A DNA stretch of 64,000 nucleotides, taken from NCBI GenBank assembly GCA_963716175.1, contig OY970296.1, positions 928,001 to 992,000 on the forward strand. Direction: 5' to 3'. A program made the translations under genes and the position numbers. This DNA comes from an uncultured Armatimonadetes bacterium. Its GTDB lineage: Bacteria > Armatimonadota > Hebobacteria > Hebobacterales > Hebobacteraceae. The notes under the pieces are model-generated. The model was not told the origin of the DNA. It saw nothing but the letters and a program-made list of their open reading frames with translations, and searched no databases. Positions 28,339-36,562 of the stretch are shown here, piece by piece (the stretch's first letter is position 1; every line of letters starts with the position of its first letter).

Positions 28339-29280
28339 CACGCTCTCCCCGCTTCAGGTCTTTTTGCAGCACCGCGTACCGCCGCACGATCTGCCAGCCA
28401 GCCGCGATGTAGAATCCCGTGTTCGCCCAGCCCGCGGACATCGTTTCCGACCCCGCTTCCCGAGCCCGCGTCATGCACTCCAGCAGCAGCAGGAGTCCAT
28501 AGCCCTGCCCCCGCTCCCGCCGCAGCACCAGGATGGGCCCGAAAGCCGCCGCGGGGCCATCGGCCGGTAGCGCGCCCAGCCCACGATCTCGCCCTTCCGC
28601 CGCAGCAGCAGTGTGTTCGCATCCGCCTCCGCATAGCGCGCTTCCCAGCCCACCGGGAACCACTCCGAGGCCTTGCCTTCGGCCACGAACTTGCGGAACT
28701 CGGGCAACCGCGCCGGCTCCCAGGTGATCAGCTCGACTCCCGCACCCACCCGCTCTCGCACCTGCGCCAGCCGCGCGGCATGCGCGGCGTCCCGAAGATC
28801 AACTGCCACATCCTCGATCGTCCTCACATCGCGGTAGCCGTGCCGGCCCAGCACCTCCCGCAGCCGCAGATACCGCACATCGAGGCCGGGAAAGACGTGG
28901 CGGCCGGTGTAGATCGTGACCATCAGCTCGTGCTTGCCGGCCTCCGCGCAGTAGGCCTCGGCCGCCGCCAGCAAGTTCTGCGCCGCGGCGTCCCCGCGCT
29001 CTCCCTCCGCCACGAAGAAGCCCTTGAGGAAGCCCCGCCCGGATTCCCAGTCATGGCCTCCGCCATCCCTTCCGGGCACGTCGCGCCGCACCACGCAGGC
29101 GCTGAAGCCGCAGACCTCGCCCGCCTCTTCCGCCACCACCAGCCCTTCCGGCTCGTAGTTCGGGTCTTCCAGCATCACCCCGCGGAACCGCTCCTCGCTG
29201 AGCTGGTTGTGGATCATTGCCTGGTTCCAGGCGGCGAGCACGCGGGGCAGGTCTTCACTCCTCAGCGGCCGGGTCTGCAT
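28331..29280 (-). CDS. tandem GNAT acetyltransferase, frameshifted near 28553-28556
   Basis: First GNAT domain in ORF 28471-29958; second acetyl-CoA motif (FGPILV..RGQGYG) in ORF 28331-28663. Confidence 0.8.
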
Positions 29281-29442
29281 GGTTGCACCTTCCTGTGCCG
29301 AGACGCGCGCCCCTGGGATTTCGGCATCCTCAACTCGGCCCCCTGTTTTCCGCGAGGCAGGACTCGCCGCCAGCTCCAGCGAACTTGGCGGCGCAATGCC
29401 TGCGGCGGCTGCATGCCCGCGAGTGAAACCAGGAGGCGGTAA

Positions 29443-30744
29443 GTGCAAGATAAGCCAAAGATTGCCATGATCGGAGCCGGGAGTGTGGTCTTCGCGCGGA
29501 GTCTGCTCGGGGACATCATGTCCTGGCCCGAGCTGAAAGAGCCCCACATCGCCTTGATGGACATCAACCCTGACCGCCTGGAGGTGGCCGAGCTGATGGC
29601 CAAGAAGGTGGCCGAGGCCCTGGGCGCGCGGCCCAAGATCACGGCCCACAAGACGCGCCAGCCGGCGCTGGAGGGCGCCGATTACGTGATCAACACCATC
29701 CAGGTCGGCGGCTTCCCGGCCACCAAGATTGACTTCGAGGTGCCCAAGAAGCATGGCTTCCGCCAGACCATCGCCGACACCAACGGCATCGGCGGCATCT
29801 TCCGCGCGCTGCGCACCATGCCGGTGATGGTGGAGATCGCCCGCGAGATGGAGCGGCTCTGCCCCCGCGCCATCTTCATCAACTACGCCAACCCCATGGC
29901 CATGGTCTGCTGGGCGGTGCTGCGAGCAACCAGCATCCAGACCGTCGGCCTCTGCCACAGCGTCCAGGGCACGGCCTGGCAGTTGGCCCGCTATATGGGT
30001 ATCGCCCCGGAGCAGTTAGTCTACCGCGCGGCCGGCATCAACCACATGGACTTCTACCTGAAGCTGGAGTACCGGGGCCGGGATGCTTACCCGCGTCTGC
30101 GCAAGGCGATGCAGGACCCCGGGATCTTCGGCAAGGACCCGGTGCGATTCGAGGTGATGCGGCGGCTGGGCTACTTCGTGAGTGAGTCCAGCGAGCACTT
30201 CTCGGAATATGTCCCCTGGTTCATCCGCCGCGACGCGCCGGAGCTGATTGATCGCTACCAGATCCCCCTGGACGAGTATATCAGGCGCTGCATCAACTCG
30301 GATAAGCGGTGGAAGCAGACCCGGGCGCGGATGAAGAGCAAGGAGCCACTAGAGGTTCACCGCAGCCACGAGTACTGCGGCTATATCCTGCACGCCCACG
30401 AGACCGGCGAGACCTGCATGGTCTACGGCAATGTGCTGAATCATGGGATCATCACCAACCTGCCCCAGGGCTGCTGCGTGGAGGTGCCTTGCCTGGTGGA
30501 TCGCAATGGCATCCAGCCCTGCTACGTCGGTGACTTGCCGCCACAGCTCGCGGGGGTGATCCGCAACACGGTCAATGTCCACGAGCTGACCGTGGAGGCC
30601 TTCTTCTCGGGAAAGAAGGACCACGTCTACCAGGCCGCCCTGCTCGACCCTCATGCCGCGGCAGAGCTGACCATGGACGAGATCTACTCATTAGTGGACG
30701 ACCTCTTCGCCGCCCACGGAAAGATGGTGCCGAAACTGAAGTAG
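29443..30744 (+). CDS. melA: GH4 alpha-galactosidase
   Basis: IGAGSVVF, DTNGIGG, NYANPM, GLCHSVQ, GINH and ESSEH motifs. Confidence 0.92.
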   Translation: MQDKPKIAMIGAGSVVFARSLLGDIMSWPELKEPHIALMDINPDRLEVAELMAKKVAEALGARPKITAHKTRQPALEGADYVINTIQVGGFPATKIDFEVPKKHGFRQTIADTNGIGGIFRALRTMPVMVEIAREMERLCPRAIFINYANPMAMVCWAVLRATSIQTVGLCHSVQGTAWQLARYMGIAPEQLVYRAAGINHMDFYLKLEYRGRDAYPRLRKAMQDPGIFGKDPVRFEVMRRLGYFVSESSEHFSEYVPWFIRRDAPELIDRYQIPLDEYIRRCINSDKRWKQTRARMKSKEPLEVHRSHEYCGYILHAHETGETCMVYGNVLNHGIITNLPQGCCVEVPCLVDRNGIQPCYVGDLPPQLAGVIRNTVNVHELTVEAFFSGKKDHVYQAALLDPHAAAELTMDEIYSLVDDLFAAHGKMVPKLK

Positions 30745-30765
30745 GGGCGTGATTCATCACGCCCC
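30741..30765 (+). repeat. REP family C GTAGGGGCGTGA-ttca-TCACGCCCC
   Basis: Perfect hairpin; GTAG overlaps the melA stop. Confidence 0.8.
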
Positions 30766-30787
30766 CGTAAGCCAAAGGAGGCAACCC

Positions 30788-31594
30788 ATGCAGTTCGTCA
30801 TGTTCACCAAGATGCTGAAGGACCTGAACCCCTCGCAGCTCGCCGACACCATCCAGGATCTCGGTTTCGAGGGCTTCGACTTGGCAGTGCGGCCCGGATA
30901 TCCCATCAACCCGGAGAACGTGCGCACCGCGCTGCCGAAGGCCGCGAAGGAGTGGGCGGCGCGCGGGCTCACCGTCGGCCTGGTCACCACCAACTTCGAT
31001 TTCCTGGACCCGACCAAGCCGGAGGTCGAGCCCCTGCTCGCCGCCTGCGCCGAGATCGGCTGCCGCCGCATCAAGCTCGGCTACTGGGTGTGGAAGGGCG
31101 AACCCTACTGGGAGGGCGTGGACAAGGTTCGCAAGGCCCTGGCCGGTTTCGAGAAGCTATGCGCCAAGCATGATGTCTGCGTCGCCTCCCACACCCACTC
31201 CGGCCCCTACTACGGCTCCAACTGCGCCGGCGCCATGCACCTGGTGAAGGGCTTTGACCCCCGCTACGTCGGGGTCTATATTGACCCGGGCCATCTGGCC
31301 GTGGACGGCGAGGATGTGCCCATGGCCGTGAGCATGGTGAAGGACTACCTCTGCCTGGTCGCGGTCAAGAGCCCGGCCTGGTTCAAGACCGAGAAGGGCG
31401 GCCAGGTGAAATGGCATCACCCCCTGGTGCCGCTGCGCGAGGGCATCGTGGACTGGAAGCAAGCGCTGGATCAGCTCAAGTCCATCAACTACGACGGCCC
31501 CATCAGCCTGCACAGCGAATACGAGAACATCCCCCCGGAGGAGACCATCCGCCTCACCCGGGACGACCTGGCGTATATGAAGTCGCTCATGTAG
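30788..31594 (+). CDS. sugar phosphate isomerase/epimerase (TIM barrel)
   Basis: FTKML, DLAVRPG, HTHSG, DPGH and SLHSEY motifs. Confidence 0.88.
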   Translation: MQFVMFTKMLKDLNPSQLADTIQDLGFEGFDLAVRPGYPINPENVRTALPKAAKEWAARGLTVGLVTTNFDFLDPTKPEVEPLLAACAEIGCRRIKLGYWVWKGEPYWEGVDKVRKALAGFEKLCAKHDVCVASHTHSGPYYGSNCAGAMHLVKGFDPRYVGVYIDPGHLAVDGEDVPMAVSMVKDYLCLVAVKSPAWFKTEKGGQVKWHHPLVPLREGIVDWKQALDQLKSINYDGPISLHSEYENIPPEETIRLTRDDLAYMKSLM

Positions 31595-31660
31595 GGGCGG
31601 GATTCATCCCGCCCGCCTTTCGTCTGTCGCCGTAGGGGCGGGGTCTGCGGACCTCGCCCC
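31591..31660 (+). repeat. two REP family C units
   Basis: GTAGGGGCGGGA-ttca-TCCCGCCC (31591, overlaps the stop) and GTAGGGGCGGGGTC..GACCTCGCCCC (31632). Confidence 0.8.
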
Positions 31661-31683
31661 TCTGCATCTCAACAGTTCCCCCT

Positions 31684-31713
31684 TTGACCCTTCACCCTCC
31701 ACCCGACTATAAT
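31684..31713 (+). promoter_or_regulatory. sigma70 promoter TTGACC-18-TATAAT for serS
   Basis: Near-consensus hexamers; AGGAGG SD downstream. Confidence 0.7.
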
Positions 31714-31733
31714 CACCCCCGACAGGAGGCCTT

Positions 31734-33065
31734 ATGCTCGACCTTCGACTCACCCGCTCCGACCCCGAGTTGGTCCGCCGCGGCGTGAAGCGCCGCGGCT
31801 ATGATGACGCGCCCCTGGATGCTCTCATCAAGGCCGATGAGCGACGCCGCGCCTTGCTCACCGAGGTCGAGGCCCTCAAGGCCGAGCGCAACCGGGTGAG
31901 CGACGAGATCGCGAAGATCAAGCAGCAGAAAGGCGAGGCCGGCGAGTTGATCGCCGAGATGAGGCGCGTCGGCGACCGCATCAAGGCCCTGGATGGGCAG
32001 GTGCGCGAGGCGGAGGCCGAACTCGAGCGCTTCGCCCTCCAGATCCCCAATCTGCCCGACGCCTCCACGCCAGATGGCACCACTGAGGAGGAGAATGTCA
32101 TCGTCCGGGAATGGGGCGAGCCTCGCCACTTCGACTTCGAGCCCAAGCCCCACTGGGAGATCGGCGTCAACCTCGACATCATTGACTTCGAGCGCGCCAC
32201 CAAGATCGCGGGCGCGAAGTTCGACGTGTTCAAGGGCGCGGGCGCGCTGCTGCGGCGGGCCCTGATCAACTTCATGCTCGATCTGCACACCAAGGAGCAC
32301 GGCTACACGGAGATCGCCCCTCCCATCCTGGCGCGGCGCGATTCCCTGATCGCCTCCGGGCATCTCCCGAAGTTCGAGGACGACCAATTCCACGTCCGGG
32401 AGAACGATATGTTCCTGATCCCCACCGCGGAATCGGCGCTCGTCAACCTCCACCGGGAGGAGATCCTCGACGGAGCCAGCCTCCCCCGACGCTACGTCGC
32501 CTATACGCCGTGCTTTCGATACGAGAAGGTCGGCGCCGGCAAAGAGTCCCGCGGCCTCATCCGCCAGTACCAGTTCGACAAAGTCGAGATGTTCAAGTTC
32601 GTCCTGCCCGAGACTTCGTTCGATGAGCTGGAATCAATGGTGAGCAATGCCGAGGCGGTCTACCGGCGGCTGGGCCTGCCCTATCGGCTGGCCCTGATGT
32701 GCGCCGGGGAGATGGCGATGGCCGCGGCCAAGGCCTATGACCCCATGGCCTGGTTTCCGGGCACCGGAAAGTGGCTGGAGCTGAGTTCCTGCTCCAACTG
32801 CCTGGATTGGCAGGCCCGCCGCGCCAATGTCCGCTTCCGCCGGGAGAGGGGTGCCCGTCCCGCCACACGGCCGGCGGGTTCACCCGCCGGCCGTGTGGCG
32901 GGTAAACCCGAGTTCGTCCACACCCTCAACGGCTCCGGCCTCGCCGTCGGCCGCACCCTGGCCTGCGTGCTGGAGAACTACCAGCAGGAGGACGGGAGCG
33001 TCCTGGTGCCGGAGGCGCTGGTTGAGTACATGGGCGGGATGAGGATCGTTGGAAAGGAGAAGTAA
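31734..33065 (+). CDS. serS: seryl-tRNA synthetase (with in-frame palindromic insertion)
   Basis: N-terminal coiled coil, LIPTAE, GLIRQYQFDKVE, SSCSN and HTLNGSGLAVGR motifs. Confidence 0.98.
   Translation: MLDLRLTRSDPELVRRGVKRRGYDDAPLDALIKADERRRALLTEVEALKAERNRVSDEIAKIKQQKGEAGELIAEMRRVGDRIKALDGQVREAEAELERFALQIPNLPDASTPDGTTEEENVIVREWGEPRHFDFEPKPHWEIGVNLDIIDFERATKIAGAKFDVFKGAGALLRRALINFMLDLHTKEHGYTEIAPPILARRDSLIASGHLPKFEDDQFHVRENDMFLIPTAESALVNLHREEILDGASLPRRYVAYTPCFRYEKVGAGKESRGLIRQYQFDKVEMFKFVLPETSFDELESMVSNAEAVYRRLGLPYRLALMCAGEMAMAAAKAYDPMAWFPGTGKWLELSSCSNCLDWQARRANVRFRRERGARPATRPAGSPAGRVAGKPEFVHTLNGSGLAVGRTLACVLENYQQEDGSVLVPEALVEYMGGMRIVGKEK
32859..32902. repeat. perfect 20-bp palindrome inside serS
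   Basis: CCCGCCACACGGCCGGCGGG-ttca-CCCGCCGGCCGTGTGGCGGG. Confidence 0.95.
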
Positions 33066-33066
33066 T

Positions 33067-33102
33067 CGGCGGGCATGCGAAGACATGCCCGCCCTACAGG
33101 AG
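33067..33102 (-). repeat. REP family A, left arm of a 36-bp inverted repeat
   Basis: 35/36 match to the reverse complement of 33977-34012. Confidence 0.92.
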
Positions 33103-33116
33103 ATGAGGGGGTAGAT

Positions 33117-33974
33117 ATGCGGTTCTCAGAGCGATACGGGTTCACACAACCTAGGCAAGCAATCCAGAAAGACGACATGGACGCCGCTCTCAGGAATCGC
33201 CTCTGGGACGCGGTTCACCTTTGGTATCTTTCCGGATGGGTAGAGAGCGGCGTGGATGTCACAGAGCTTGAAGACTCGACCCACGCGCTCTTGTTCCAGT
33301 TGTGGCACTCCTTGTTCAAGATCCCGTGGGACGGAATAGCAGATTCATCCACTGAGCACGTTCGGGATGAGATCCGTAGGCGGTTCTTCGCGTGTGCGTG
33401 GTGGGAGGTGTACAACCTCCTTGAGTTTCTGGCGGCGAACTTAGGCGCGTCCCAGGAAGATTTTTTCTCCATGTGCAATCGCGTACTGGAGGAGGAGAAG
33501 TCAGCTTACCGCTTCGTTGGAACAGAGATAGCGCCCATCACCTCGGAGGAGGAGATCGCTGCCATAGAGGCCGCCTTGTCTGACACCGAGGGCCTTCCTG
33601 CTGTGCGTGCCCACCTGCAGACAACTCTGCAGCTCTTCGCAGATCGCAAGGAGCCAGATTACAGGAACTCGATCAAGGAGGCGATAAGCGCGGTTGAGTC
33701 CCTGGCGCGGCTGATCTGTGGCAAGGAGAAGGCGACGCTTGGCGATGCGCTGAAGCGGATCGAGAAGCACACGAAGGTCGGCCTTCATCCCGCACTCAAA
33801 GCCGCCTTCGAGAAGCTCTATGGCTACACCAGCGATGAGCACGGCATCAGGCACGCCATGACAGAGGATGCAAATGTCGGCCAGGCCGAGGCCCAGTACA
33901 TGCTGGTGGCGTGCTCGGCATTCGTCTCATACCTCATTGCGAAGGCCGCGGAAGCCGGGATTGACCTTGCGTGA
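33117..33974 (+). CDS. AbiJ-like protein (AbiJ N-terminal domain 4 plus C-terminal HEPN-like domain)
   Basis: FSERYG..IQ..MD..LRNRLW N-terminus; PDYRNSIKEAISAVE, LYGYTSD.GIRHA and A.YMLV.CSAF motifs; atypical codon usage. Confidence 0.8.
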   Translation: MRFSERYGFTQPRQAIQKDDMDAALRNRLWDAVHLWYLSGWVESGVDVTELEDSTHALLFQLWHSLFKIPWDGIADSSTEHVRDEIRRRFFACAWWEVYNLLEFLAANLGASQEDFFSMCNRVLEEEKSAYRFVGTEIAPITSEEEIAAIEAALSDTEGLPAVRAHLQTTLQLFADRKEPDYRNSIKEAISAVESLARLICGKEKATLGDALKRIEKHTKVGLHPALKAAFEKLYGYTSDEHGIRHAMTEDANVGQAEAQYMLVACSAFVSYLIAKAAEAGIDLA

Positions 33975-33976
33975 TC

Positions 33977-34012
33977 CTCCTGTAGGGCGGGCATGTCTCC
34001 GCATGCCCGCCG
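33977..34012 (+). repeat. REP family A, shared between the AbiJ gene and the RAYT gene
   Basis: GTAGGGCGGGCATGTCTCCGCATGCCCGCC. Confidence 0.92.
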
Positions 34013-34019
34013 TCGGAGT

Positions 34020-34520
34020 ATGGCTGGCATGACGAACCCCGGCACCGAAGACCACCTCCCGCAGCGCAAGCACCTCCGCCGCCTGGAGCGCATCACCGTC
34101 CCCGGGGCGCCTCTGTTCTTCCTGACGGCCTGCGTCAGGGGGCGCCTCCCGCTGCTGGCCGAGCCGCAGGTTGCCGATATCCTGGCACGGGCCTGGCGGC
34201 ACTCTCAAATGGCTCACGGCTGGCTGGTCGGACGATACGTCATCATGCCCGATCATGTACACTTCTTCGCCTCGCCCATGGGCGAAGTGGCAAAAGACCT
34301 GGCGCGGTTCATGAACTACTGGAAGCGGAGCACCGCCATCAGGGTCCGCAAGCAGCTTCTGCGCCGGTTCTCCTGGCAGACTGAGTTCTTCGATCACCTC
34401 TTGCGCAGCGACGAGTCATATGAGGAGAAGTGGACATATGTCTGGCACAACCCCGTGCGAGCCGGATTGGTGACCGACCCGTCCGACTGGCCATACCAGG
34501 GCGAGATCAACGTGATCTGA
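34020..34520 (+). mobile_element. REP-associated tyrosine (HUH/Y1) transposase, RAYT
   Basis: FFLTAC, YVIMPDHVH (HUH), WQ..FFDH..R, Y..HNPVRAGL and DWPY motifs; flanked by inverted REPs. Confidence 0.93.
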
Positions 34521-34532
34521 GCTCCCCCGAGC

Positions 34533-34591
34533 GGCGGGCATGCGCCCTGCTCTGCCAAGGCTTCGCAACACAGGCGACATGCCCGCCCTAC
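34533..34591 (-). repeat. REP family A with about 30-bp insert in its loop
   Basis: GGCGGGCATGC[GCCCTGCTCTGCCAAGGCTTCGCAACACAGGC]GACATGCCCGCCCTAC; GTAG overlaps the MBL gene stop. Confidence 0.85.
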
Positions 34592-35421
34592 AGGACCCAC
34601 CTCTCCCCAGGCGCGATGATGTGCAAGCGCTTATCTGCGTTCTCGATCAGCGCCGCTACCTCGGCCGGGTCGTGGTCATAGGCGGAGTGGCCGGGGGCGT
34701 CGTAGCTGCCAAAGTGGTGGGCGATGATGTGGGGGGCGCCGGTGGCGTTGGCCAGGCGCGCCGCGTTCTCGGTCCCGAAGTGGTAATCGCAGTTCGAGAC
34801 ATTGAGCAGCAGCACGTCAATGCCGCTCATCCTCAGGTGCTCCTCCATCAGGCGGCTGTCACCCGGGTGCCAGATGCTCCCATCCGGAGTGGAGACGACG
34901 AACCCGCAGCAATCGTCCCGCCCCCAGGGCGGGCCCCACTCCGGGTTCTGCTCCTGCCAGGGATGATCGGCGGGAGTGGCTGTGATCTGCACGTGCCTGA
35001 ACACGAACCGCTGACCGGCCCGCACCACCTGGACCCGGTCATCCGGGACCCCCAGCTTAGCCAGCACCCCGGCCACTGGCGCTGTCCCCACGAACAAGGC
35101 ACCGGTCCGGATCAACTCCGGCGCCGTCTTCGGCCCCAGGTGGTCCTCATCGGCATGGGTGTAGAGCACCAGATCGAGCCGCGGCACCTGCGAGGCGACG
35201 ATGGGGAAAGGCACCAGCATCCGGTAGCCCATCTCCATCACGCCGGGCGCCGTCGGGTCCTGCCAGATCACCGGATCTATCATCACCAAGGTGCCGCGGG
35301 CATTGATCAGGAACCCGGCATTGGTCAGCCACCACAAGGCCGTCTCCTGAAATGGCGCGAATGCCTCCGCACCCATGGGCCGGGTGGAGGGAGCGATAAC
35401 CTGGGAGTGGAAAGAGCACAC
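34588..35421 (-). CDS. MBL-fold metallo-hydrolase (UlaG-like)
   Basis: WWLTNAGF, IDP, THADEDH, ADH, HPGDS and HHFG motifs; start uncertain. Confidence 0.88.
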   Translation of the reverse strand: MCSFHSQVIAPSTRPMGAEAFAPFQETALWWLTNAGFLINARGTLVMIDPVIWQDPTAPGVMEMGYRMLVPFPIVASQVPRLDLVLYTHADEDHLGPKTAPELIRTGALFVGTAPVAGVLAKLGVPDDRVQVVRAGQRFVFRHVQITATPADHPWQEQNPEWGPPWGRDDCCGFVVSTPDGSIWHPGDSRLMEEHLRMSGIDVLLLNVSNCDYHFGTENAARLANATGAPHIIAHHFGSYDAPGHSAYDHDPAEVAALIENADKRLHIIAPGERWVL

Positions 35422-35571
35422 GCGAGAGGTCTCCAAGGATGTTGGGGTTGGGATTCGCAGGGCGGGAAGGTGTCTCCTGCTGGCGGCACGAAGGGATTCC
35501 CGCGGGGGCAGAGAAGACCCTGGCGGGATGGCGGGGTTTCCACCAAGGTCGCAGGGCAGGAGAGGTACGCA

Positions 35572-35814
35572 ATGGCCAAGGCGAGGGTGATCATCACTCT
35601 GAAGAGGACCATCATGGACGCCCAGGGGCAGACGGTGGAGAATGCTCTGCACAACCTGGGCTATCAGGGCGTGCAGAACGTGCGCATCGGCAAGTACGTC
35701 GAGATGGAGGTCAACGGCGCGCCCAGGGCGCAGCTGCAGGCGCAATTGGACGAGATGTGCCGCCAGCTGCTGGCCAACCCGATCATCGAAGATTTCCGCT
35801 TCGAGATCGAATAG
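35572..35814 (+). CDS. purS: FGAM synthase subunit PurS
   Basis: DAQG, VRIGKY and LLANPIIE motifs. Confidence 0.96.
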   Translation: MAKARVIITLKRTIMDAQGQTVENALHNLGYQGVQNVRIGKYVEMEVNGAPRAQLQAQLDEMCRQLLANPIIEDFRFEIE

Positions 35815-35843
35815 CATGAGCGCCGCCACAAGACTGCGTGATA

Positions 35844-35865
35844 ACCGGCTGGGAGCCGGTGCCAC
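35844..35865 (-). repeat. REP-like GTGGCACCGGCTCCCAGCCGGT
   Basis: GTGG plus ACCGGCT/AGCCGGT palindrome between purS and purQ. Confidence 0.55.
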
Positions 35866-35872
35866 CTCCAAG

Positions 35873-36562
35873 ATGCGCTTCGGCGTCGTCGTCTTCCCCG
35901 GCTCCAACTGCGACACCGATGCCTGGCACGCCCTGCACGATCAGATGGGCGCGCCGGTGGACTACATTTGGCACCAGCAGACGGATGTCAGCGGCTTCGA
36001 CTGCATCATCCTGCCCGGCGGTTTCAGCTATGGCGATTACCTCCGCACCGGGGCGGTGGCGCGGTTCTCGCCGGTGATGAACGCGGTGGCGGACTTCGCC
36101 GGCCGGGGCGGGCTGGTGCTCGGCATCTGCAACGGCTTCCAGATCCTCTGTGAGGCCGCCCTGGTGCCTGGCGCCATGATGCGCAACGCCGGACAGAAGT
36201 TCGTCTGTAAGTACGTCAACATCCGAGTCGAGACCACGGACACTCCGTTTACCCGCGCCATGCAGAAGGGCGCGGTGCTGCGCATTCCCATCGCCCACGG
36301 CGAAGGCAACTACTACTGCGATGACGCCATCCTCGCCGAGCTCAAGCGGAACGACCGGATCGTCTTCCGCTACTGCACCCCGCAGGGAGAGATCAGCCCA
36401 GAGTCAAACCCGAACGGGGCACTGGACAACATCGCGGGCATCTGCAATCGCGAGCGCAACGTGCTGGGCATGATGCCCCATCCTGAGCGTTGCTCCGACC
36501 CGATATTGGGTTCTGCGGATGGGCGCCTGGTGTGGGAGAGCCTAATGCGGGGGAGCAGGTGA
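35873..36562 (+). CDS. purQ: FGAM synthase glutaminase subunit
   Basis: [23 protein letters not shown] and MMPHPER motifs. Confidence 0.98.
   Translation: MRFGVVVFPGSNCDTDAWHALHDQMGAPVDYIWHQQTDVSGFDCIILPGGFSYGDYLRTGAVARFSPVMNAVADFAGRGGLVLGICNGFQILCEAALVPGAMMRNAGQKFVCKYVNIRVETTDTPFTRAMQKGAVLRIPIAHGEGNYYCDDAILAELKRNDRIVFRYCTPQGEISPESNPNGALDNIAGICNRERNVLGMMPHPERCSDPILGSADGRLVWESLMRGSR

Noticed and set aside
34020-34520. IS200/IS605 TnpA insertion sequence
   Set aside because: No tnpB; WQ..F.DH and NPV.AGL motifs plus flanking GTAG REPs indicate RAYT
35440-35570. PRPP/ppGpp (ykkC) or ZTP riboswitch upstream of purS
   Set aside because: Only a vague 3' resemblance; the conserved 5' core is not visible; needs a covariance search
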